Assembly: GCA_003576805.1 (NCBI GenBank)
Contig: QEVM01000013.1
Location: 1,221 to 65,220 of the forward strand
Length of the DNA stretch: 64,000 bases
DNA from: Pseudomonadota bacterium
GTDB lineage: Bacteria > Myxococcota_A > UBA9160 > PR03
Direction of reading: 5' to 3'
Both the position numbers and the translations under genes were made by a program. Shown here piece by piece: positions 55,710-64,000 of this stretch; position 1 is the first letter of the stretch; each line of letters opens with the position of its first letter. The notes beneath the pieces were generated by a model. That model did not search any database. It saw only the letters and a list, made by a program, of their open reading frames with translations, and was not told the DNA's origin.

Positions 55710-56557
55710 TCTCGCGGGAATACGAATTCCACGCACCCAAGACGCTGAACGAGGCGCTCTCGCTGCTCGAGAAGAGCGGCGGCAACGCCAAGCTGATCGC
55801 CGGCGGCATGAGTCTCGTGCCGATGATGACGCTCGGCCTCGCGCACCCCGACGCCGTGATCAGCCTGAACAAGGTGCCCGGCCTCGACGGCGTGAAGGAG
55901 GACGGCGGCGTCCTCGCGATCGGCGCGATGACGCGGCACCACGTGCTGAAGACGAACCCGCTGATCGCCCAGCACGCGCCGCTGCTGGCCGAGGCGGCGA
56001 AGTACGTCGGCGACGTGCAGGTCCGGCACCGCGGCACGCTCGGCGGCGTGCTCGTGCACGCGGATCCGGCGGCGGACTACCTGCCGGTCTGCCTCGCGCT
56101 CGGCGCGCAGATCAAGCTGCAGAGCGCGAAGGGCGTCCGCACGGTCGAGGCGCGCGACTTCTTCAAGGACATCATGACGACGTCCATCGAAGACGGCGAG
56201 ATCCTCGTCGAGGTGCGCGTGCCGAAGCTGCCGGCCGGAAGCGGCAGCTCGTACCAGCGGCTGCACCGCGTCGAGGGCAACTACGCCATCGTCAACGCGG
56301 CGGCGGTGGTCGAGCCGGGCAAGAAGAAGGGGCGCGTCGCGCTCGGCGGCGTGGGTCCCACGCCGGTGATGATCGACGTGTCCGCGCACATCGCGTCGGG
56401 CGTGTCGGACGACGCGCTGCGCCGCGTCTCCGACGCGGCCTTCGCGGCCGCCGAGAACGCCTACGGCGACCTCAACGGCGACGCCAAGTACAAGCAGGCG
56501 ATGGCCCGCGTGTACGCCCAGCGCGTCGTGCGCGCCGCCGCCGCCCAGGCGCAGTGA
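55706..56557 (+). CDS. XDH-family FAD-binding medium subunit, set 2
   Basis: ATG 55706 overlaps the L3 stop (ATGA). KLIAGGMSLVPMMTLGL, VRHRGTLGGVLVHADPAADY. Confidence 0.9.
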   Translation: MISREYEFHAPKTLNEALSLLEKSGGNAKLIAGGMSLVPMMTLGLAHPDAVISLNKVPGLDGVKEDGGVLAIGAMTRHHVLKTNPLIAQHAPLLAEAAKYVGDVQVRHRGTLGGVLVHADPAADYLPVCLALGAQIKLQSAKGVRTVEARDFFKDIMTTSIEDGEILVEVRVPKLPAGSGSSYQRLHRVEGNYAIVNAAAVVEPGKKKGRVALGGVGPTPVMIDVSAHIASGVSDDALRRVSDAAFAAAENAYGDLNGDAKYKQAMARVYAQRVVRAAAAQAQ

Positions 56558-56595
56558 TCCCAGAGCCCACGATCCCACGGAGCGATTCGAACACC

Positions 56596-57075
56596 ATGAA
56601 GAAGACGATCCAGATCACGGTCAACGGCAAGTCGTACAGCAGGGACGCGGACACCCGGCAGGTGCTCGCGGACTTCCTGCGCGACGAGCTTCGACTCACC
56701 GGCACGCACATCGGCTGCGGCACGGGCAGCTGCGGCGCTTGCACCGTGGTGCTCGACGGCCGCACCGTGAAGTCGTGCTGCATCCTCGCCGCCGACGTCG
56801 ACGGCCAGGAGATCACCACGATCGAGGGCATCAGCACGGGCGCGCAGCAGCTGCACCCGATCCAGGAGGCCTTCGTCGAGTTCCAGGGCCTGCAGTGCGG
56901 CTACTGCACGCCGGGCATGGTGCTCTCGGCCATGCAGCTCCTGAAGGAGAACCCGAACCCGAGCGAGGACGAGATCCGCCACGGCATCTCGGGCAACCTG
57001 TGCCGCTGCACCGGGTATCACTTCATCGTCAAGTCGATCCAGGAAGCGGCCAAGCGCCTGCAGGCGAGCAAGTAG
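56596..57075 (+). CDS. XDH-family (2Fe-2S)-binding small subunit, set 2
   Basis: 159 aa. CGTGSCGACTVV and QCGYCTPGMV...CRCTGY motifs. Confidence 0.93.
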   Translation: MKKTIQITVNGKSYSRDADTRQVLADFLRDELRLTGTHIGCGTGSCGACTVVLDGRTVKSCCILAADVDGQEITTIEGISTGAQQLHPIQEAFVEFQGLQCGYCTPGMVLSAMQLLKENPNPSEDEIRHGISGNLCRCTGYHFIVKSIQEAAKRLQASK

Positions 57076-57088
57076 GCGGGCCGCGCGA

Positions 57089-57403
57089 ATGCCGATCTAC
57101 GAGTACCGCTGCGCAGCCTGCGGCGCCGAGCTCTCCGCGCTGGTGCGCCGCGCGGAAGAGGCGCCGCGAAGCTGCGAGGCGTGCGGCGCGGATCGGCTCG
57201 AGCGCCTCGTCTCCGCGTTCAGCGTGCGCACGCGCCGGTCCGACGCCGGCGCGCTGCGCGCGTCGAGCCGCGACCTCGTCGAGCGGCCCGAGCGCTTCGG
57301 CGCGGCGATGCACGCGCTCGAGGACAAGACCGGCGTGCGGCTCGACGCGCGGCGCGTGGACGCCGCGGTCGAGCGGCTCGCCGAGGCCGGCAAGCCCAAG
57401 TGA
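57089..57403 (+). CDS. FmdB-family zinc-ribbon protein
   Basis: MPIYEYRCAACGAEL...CEACGA: the typical MP.YEYRC..CG N-terminus with two CxxC pairs. Confidence 0.85.
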   Translation: MPIYEYRCAACGAELSALVRRAEEAPRSCEACGADRLERLVSAFSVRTRRSDAGALRASSRDLVERPERFGAAMHALEDKTGVRLDARRVDAAVERLAEAGKPK

Positions 57404-57458
57404 TCCGGATCCGAAACGCCGCGGCCCGCCGCGGCGGCGAACCAGGAGCGACGCAGGA

Positions 57459-58376
57459 ATGAAGTTCGAGGTCTCCAAGAGTCCGTACGGCGAGAACGAC
57501 GAGATCGGCCGGCTGAACGAGATCACCGCCGAGTCGCGCCGGGCGGTGCTCTCGCGCGTGGACGCGAGCCGCGTCTACGACCTGTCGGTCGACTACTTCA
57601 TGGGCATGCCGAGCTGGGACTTCGTGGGCGACCCGCCGTACCAGATCTGGATGACGCACACGCCGAGCGGCACCGTGATCGACAACCCGATGAACGTCGA
57701 CGAGGCGGTGAACCGCTACGTCTCGTACTCGGGCGACGCGATCTCGATGTACACGCACTGCGGCACCCACATCGATACGCTGAACCACTTCGGGTACAAC
57801 GGCCTCATCTGGAACCACTTCAAGGAGTCGGAGCACCTCGGCACGCGGCACTGGAAGGTCTGCGGCGCCGACAAGTTCCCGCCGATCATCGCGCGCGGCG
57901 TGATGCTCGACATCGCGGGCCTGAAGGGCGTGGACGTGCTGGCGCCCTCTTACGGGATCGGCGCCGACGACATCCGCGCGGCCTGCAAGCGGCAGAACGT
58001 CGCCCTGCAGAAGGGCGACGTGGTGCTGCTGCGGACCGGCCGCATGCGCCTGTGGCCCGACCACGACAAGTACCTGATCGACGAGCCCGGCCTGAATCTC
58101 GAAGGCGCCATGTACCTGGCGGAAGAGGGCGGCTGCATCGCGATCGGAGGCGACAACGTCGCGCTCGAGCAGCTACCCTCGGCCGATCCCGACAGCTACC
58201 TGCCGGTCCACTGCTACCTCTTCGCCGTCGTGGGCGTCGTGATCATGGAAGTGATCATGCTCGAGGAGCTCGCGCGGGACCGGATCTCCGAGTTCGGCTT
58301 CTTCGGCGCCCCGCTGCGCCTGCGGGGCGCCACCGGCTCCCCGATGCGGACGTTCGCGATTCCGTTCGGCACCTAG
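57459..58376 (+). CDS. cyclase-family (kynurenine-formamidase / isatin-hydrolase-like) metal hydrolase
   Basis: From ATG 57459. HCGTHIDTLNHF (HxGTHxD) motif and the downstream GDVVLLRTG block. Confidence 0.8.
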   Translation: MKFEVSKSPYGENDEIGRLNEITAESRRAVLSRVDASRVYDLSVDYFMGMPSWDFVGDPPYQIWMTHTPSGTVIDNPMNVDEAVNRYVSYSGDAISMYTHCGTHIDTLNHFGYNGLIWNHFKESEHLGTRHWKVCGADKFPPIIARGVMLDIAGLKGVDVLAPSYGIGADDIRAACKRQNVALQKGDVVLLRTGRMRLWPDHDKYLIDEPGLNLEGAMYLAEEGGCIAIGGDNVALEQLPSADPDSYLPVHCYLFAVVGVVIMEVIMLEELARDRISEFGFFGAPLRLRGATGSPMRTFAIPFGT

Positions 58377-58421
58377 CCTGCGGTTCGCAGGCGGCCGGCC
58401 CCCCGCCGGCAGGAGGCGATC

Positions 58422-60014
58422 ATGAGCCAGCGCATCGTGCAACGCGTCAAGTCGAAGCCCGTGCGGGCCGGCGGCGGCTCGCACCATCCGACTGCTCCGG
58501 AGGACCGGCAGAAGCTCCTCCTGGAGATCGCCAACGTCCTCAACACGAACCTCGAGCCGGAGCTGCTGCTCGAGAGCATCGCGCGCGTGGTGCGATCCTT
58601 CGTGCACATCGACCGCGCCACGCTCGCGCTCTACGACCGCGACCGCGACGAGTTCCAGATCGTCGCGCTGGCGCTGCAAGAGAGCAGCCGGATCGGCAAG
58701 GGCTGGTCGATCCCGCACTCGGGCAGCCGCTGCGGCAAGGTGTTCGACTCGCAGCAGCCCTACCTCTCGGTGCTCGACCCCTCGACGCGCTTCTACGAGG
58801 ACTCGCCGCTCACCGAGGAGGGCATGCACACGAGCCTGGTGCTGCCGCTCACCGTCAACGCGACGGCGATGGGCACCTTCAACGTCAACTGGCGCAGCGG
58901 CGAGAGCGAGCACGAGGCCGACATCGAGCTGCTCTCGATGGTCGCGGACCAGATCGCGATCGCGGTGTCCAACTCGCGCGCGTTCGAGCGCATCCGCAGC
59001 GACGCGGAGGGGCTGAAGCGCGAGAACCAGTACCTGCTCGAGCTGGTCCAGAACAAGGACGCGCCGAGCCTGCTGTTCAACTGCCCGTCGCTGGCGCCGC
59101 TCGTCGAGCGCCTGATGACGGTCGCCAAGGTGGACGCGACGGTGCTGGTCGGCGGCGAGACCGGCACCGGCAAGGGCGTCGTGGCGCGCACGATCCACGC
59201 CTGGAGCTCGCGCCGCGCGCGGCCGTTCGTCAAGTGCGACTGCGCGGCGCTCGCGCCGAGCCTGATCGAGAGCGAGCTGTTCGGGCACGAGCGCGGCGCC
59301 TTCACCGGCGCGACCTCGCGCCGCATCGGCCGCTTCGAGCTGGCGCACGGCGCGACCATCTTCCTCGACGAGATCGGCGAGCTGCCGCTCAGCACGCAGG
59401 CCAAGCTGCTCGGCGTGCTGCAGGACCGGCAGATCCAGCGCGTGGGCGGCACGACCTCGATCCCGGTCGACATCCGCGTGATCGCGGCGTCGAACCGCGA
59501 CCTCGCGCAGGAGGTGAAGGCGGGGCGCTTCCGCGAGGACCTCTACTACCGCCTGAACGTGGTGACGGTCTCGATCCCGCCGCTGCGCGAGCGCCGCAAC
59601 GACATCCTGCCGCTCGCGCACCACTTCCTCGCGACCTACGCCCGCGACGTCGGGCGCAAGATCAGCGGGATCAGCGCCGCCTCGCGCGCGAAGCTCGTCG
59701 AGTACCCGTGGCCCGGCAACATCCGCGAGCTCGAGAACGTGATCGAGCGCGCGGTGCTGCTCAACGCGGGCGACGAGCTCGAGATCGGCACCGAGGTGCT
59801 GCCGATCGCGAGCAGCGCGCCGGCGGCGGTCGCCGCCGAGACGACCGAGCTGCTGCCGCTCGCGGAGGTCGAGGCGCGCCACATCCGCGCGGTGCTGCGC
59901 CACACGCGCGGGCGCGTGTCGGGTCCCGAGGGCGCGGCGCGCATCCTCGGCCTCAACGCCAGCACGCTGCGCAGCCGCATGAAGAAGCTCGACATCAAGG
60001 CGGAGCGGGCCTGA
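58422..60014 (+). CDS. sigma54-dependent transcriptional activator with N-terminal GAF domain (FhlA-like architecture)
   Basis: 530 aa. GAF-like N-terminus, Walker A GETGTGKG, ESELFGHERGAFTGA (GAFTGA), IFLDEIGEL, and C-terminal Fis-type HTH AARILGLNASTLRSRMKKL. Confidence 0.92.
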   Translation: MSQRIVQRVKSKPVRAGGGSHHPTAPEDRQKLLLEIANVLNTNLEPELLLESIARVVRSFVHIDRATLALYDRDRDEFQIVALALQESSRIGKGWSIPHSGSRCGKVFDSQQPYLSVLDPSTRFYEDSPLTEEGMHTSLVLPLTVNATAMGTFNVNWRSGESEHEADIELLSMVADQIAIAVSNSRAFERIRSDAEGLKRENQYLLELVQNKDAPSLLFNCPSLAPLVERLMTVAKVDATVLVGGETGTGKGVVARTIHAWSSRRARPFVKCDCAALAPSLIESELFGHERGAFTGATSRRIGRFELAHGATIFLDEIGELPLSTQAKLLGVLQDRQIQRVGGTTSIPVDIRVIAASNRDLAQEVKAGRFREDLYYRLNVVTVSIPPLRERRNDILPLAHHFLATYARDVGRKISGISAASRAKLVEYPWPGNIRELENVIERAVLLNAGDELEIGTEVLPIASSAPAAVAAETTELLPLAEVEARHIRAVLRHTRGRVSGPEGAARILGLNASTLRSRMKKLDIKAERA

Positions 60015-61669
60015 TGGCCGCGCCGGAGCGGGTGACGGGGAGGCGCCCGGTGCGCGGAGTGCTCGCGCTGCGCGAGCGCGACGTCTTCGACAGCCGCGGG
60101 ACGCTCGACCGCGAGGGCGGCCGCGACGTCGCGATGGACGACCACGGCGTGCGGCGCGTGCCGGCGACGTGGCGCTGGGGCGTGCTCGGCACGACCTTCA
60201 CGTCGTTCGGCGTCGCGACCGCGATGATCTACCCGCTCTCCGGCGCGCTCTACGCACAGCTCTATGGCTCGCAGGCCGCCATCCTGGGCGGCGTCATCAC
60301 CTCGATCTACGCGCTCGCGGTCTGTTACTACATCGTCCGCCACGTCGTGAACGAGGGCATCAACGCCGACCTGCTCTCGCGCAGCTCGTTCGGCTACCTC
60401 GGCTCGTCGTTCATCGCGCTGCTCTACGCGATGGTGTGCTGCTTCTACTTCGCCGCCGAAGGCTCGGTGATGGCGCACGCGCTCCACGAGAGCGTGCCGT
60501 CCGTGCCGTACTGGGCATGGGCGACGCTCACCAGCGCGAGCTTCATCCTGCTCGGCATGGTCGGCATGGTGCTGCTGACCAAGCTGCAGTGGGCGACGCT
60601 GGTGCTCTACTTCGCGGGCCTCGCGCTCGCCTTCTACGCGCTCGTCGCCGGCTGGGACGAGCGCGTCGACGTCGCGAAGCTCGCCACCTGGACGTCGCTG
60701 CCGCCGCCCGACGGCCGCTTCGACGTCTGGACCGTGCTCGAATCCACCAGCGGCTACATCGGCGTGCTCGGCGCGATCCTCGCGGTGTTCCACATGGACG
60801 TCGCGCGCTTCATGAAGCGCGAGTCGCGCAACGGCGGCGGGCTCTTCTTCACCGCCGTGAACGTGCTGTTCCCGGCGCTGCTGATGTACCTGGTCGGCAT
60901 CCAGATGCTGGCGGCGAGCGGGCAGCCCGACCCGGGCGTCACGCTGGTGCGGCTGATCGGGCCGCTCGGCCTCGCGGTCACGCTGATCACCCAGATCCGC
61001 ATCAACGTGCTGAACCTCTACGGCGGCACGCTCGGCCTCGCGAACTTCGCGTCGCGCATCTTCGGCTACGTGCCGGGCCGGCAGTTCTGGGTGATCCCGT
61101 TCCTGCTCTCCGCGACGGTCGTGATCCTGACGCCGTTCCGCGAGAACTTCGGCCTCGTGTCGATCTACATCAGCATCTTCCTGTGCGCGTGGGTCAGCAC
61201 GATCATCGGCGAGCGCGTCTTCGTGCGCAGCCGCCACCCGCTGCCGCAGTGGTCCGAGGTGCGGCGCTCCTATCTCTCCGACTGGAACCCGGTCGGCCTC
61301 GTCTCGATGTGGGTGCCGGTCGCGATCGCCTGCGTGATGGCGTCGAAGCTGCTGGGCCGCGAGGCGCACGCGCTGGCGGTGCCGTTCTCGATCGTCGTGC
61401 CGTTCGTGATGCCGGCGGTCGTCGCGGCCTTCCTCTCCGAGGAGCGGCTGCTGCGCGCCTACGTCGGCCGCGACGTCGTGGTGCCGCCGCAGGAGGCGGA
61501 GACGCTGACCTGCGGCGTGTGCTCGAGCGAGTTTCACCGCTCCGACTTCGCCGACTGCCCGTTCCACTCGGTCTGGATCTGCTCGTACTGCTGCATGTCG
61601 GAGCTACGCTGCAAGACCGTGTGCCGCAGCGAGCCGCAGCCGCTTTCGATTCCCGCGCTGAAGACCTGA
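60014..61669 (+). CDS. NCS1 / purine-cytosine-permease-like transporter with Cys-rich C-terminal tail
   Basis: ATG 60014 overlaps the activator stop (TGATG), 8 nt after GGAG. An alternative ATG lies at 60134. About 12 TM segments, LLSRSSFGYLGSSF resembles the NCS1 signature, and the last about 55 aa hold 9 Cys. Confidence 0.65.
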   Translation: MAAPERVTGRRPVRGVLALRERDVFDSRGTLDREGGRDVAMDDHGVRRVPATWRWGVLGTTFTSFGVATAMIYPLSGALYAQLYGSQAAILGGVITSIYALAVCYYIVRHVVNEGINADLLSRSSFGYLGSSFIALLYAMVCCFYFAAEGSVMAHALHESVPSVPYWAWATLTSASFILLGMVGMVLLTKLQWATLVLYFAGLALAFYALVAGWDERVDVAKLATWTSLPPPDGRFDVWTVLESTSGYIGVLGAILAVFHMDVARFMKRESRNGGGLFFTAVNVLFPALLMYLVGIQMLAASGQPDPGVTLVRLIGPLGLAVTLITQIRINVLNLYGGTLGLANFASRIFGYVPGRQFWVIPFLLSATVVILTPFRENFGLVSIYISIFLCAWVSTIIGERVFVRSRHPLPQWSEVRRSYLSDWNPVGLVSMWVPVAIACVMASKLLGREAHALAVPFSIVVPFVMPAVVAAFLSEERLLRAYVGRDVVVPPQEAETLTCGVCSSEFHRSDFADCPFHSVWICSYCCMSELRCKTVCRSEPQPLSIPALKT

Positions 61670-61686
61670 TCGAGGAGAGAGCCGCG

Positions 61687-62856
<1,170 letters not shown>

Positions 62857-62891
62857 CCCACCGCAACCGCCACCACGCGAGGATTCCTCCC

Positions 62892-63229
62892 ATGCCCTCG
62901 CCTCCGACGCTGGGATTCGAGACGCACGACGTGCTGCGCCAGGCCGCGGCTTGGCGCGACGAGAAGCAGGGCGTCGCGCTCGCGACCGTGGTCGAGACGT
63001 GGGGCTCGTCGCCGCGCCCGATGGGCAGCCGGCTCGCCGTGAACGAGCAGGGCGCCTTCGTCGGCTCGGTGTCGGGCGGCTGCGTCGAGGGCGCGGTCGT
63101 CGAGGAGGCGCTCGGCGTGATCGCGTCGGGCGAGCCCAAGATGCTCGAGTTCGGCGTGACCCACGAGATGGCGTGGGAGGTCGGGCTCGCCTGCGGCGGC
63201 CGCGTGCGCATCTTCGTGGAGCGCGTCGA

Positions 63230-63233
<4 letters not shown>
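62892..63233 (+). CDS. XdhC/CoxI N-terminal-domain protein (split XdhC, part 1)
   Basis: 113 aa from ATG 62892. ATVVETWGSSPRPMGSRLAV...GSVSGGCVEGAV matches the XdhC_CoxI domain only. Confidence 0.8.
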
Positions 63234-63946
<713 letters not shown>

Positions 63947-63947
63947 G

Positions 63948-64000
63948 CTACTTCTTCGCGGCGCGCTCGCGGACCTGGGTCGCGTCGTTCACCACCACCG
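63948..64000 (-). CDS. 3' end of an unidentified leftward gene (only 17 codons in window)
   Basis: The complement reads ...VVNDATQVRERAAKK-TAG, and every codon ends in G/C. Too short to assign. Confidence 0.3.
   Translation of the reverse strand, partial: VVVNDATQVRERAAKK

Overview
About 70% GC chromosomal segment from a Gram-negative-type bacterium (OmpA, AmpG, PEP-CTERM sorting signals, a sigma54 activator). I cannot assign a taxon. All family calls rest on motifs read by eye in the supplied translations. No database search was run. Bases 1-28,000 are a mixed accessory and housekeeping region. It holds two tRNAs (Arg-TCT, His-GTG), two PEP-CTERM proteins, an EgtD-like methyltransferase in a lower-GC patch, LLM oxidoreductase plus P450, an OmpA/DUF4398 pair, a molybdopterin oxidoreductase, ampG/aroD, a two-component system, a 1144-aa beta-propeller lipoprotein, a C69 peptidase, a HIT protein and an MMPL/RND transporter. 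Bases 28,400-64,000 look like one large N-heterocycle catabolic region. A divergent pair of operons encodes a maleamate-pathway block: NicD-like, NicF-like and NicX-like genes, plus a Rieske oxygenase and an orphan Mo-hydroxylase large subunit. After it comes a roughly 25-kb same-strand gene train behind a good sigma54-type promoter. That train holds two more xanthine-dehydrogenase-family enzymes, two MoxR/VWA (CoxD/CoxE-like) pairs, fused and split XdhC, CoxG, an embedded outer-membrane DUF1329/DUF1302 pair, a GAF-sigma54 activator, a permease with a Cys-rich tail, and gcdH. Other points of interest are a second, orphan sigma54 promoter that may drive a small RNA, a mirror-symmetric divergent promoter with a perfect 13-bp inverted repeat, and frequent 4-nt start/stop overlaps and TTG starts. 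No CRISPR array, rRNA gene or mobile element was seen.
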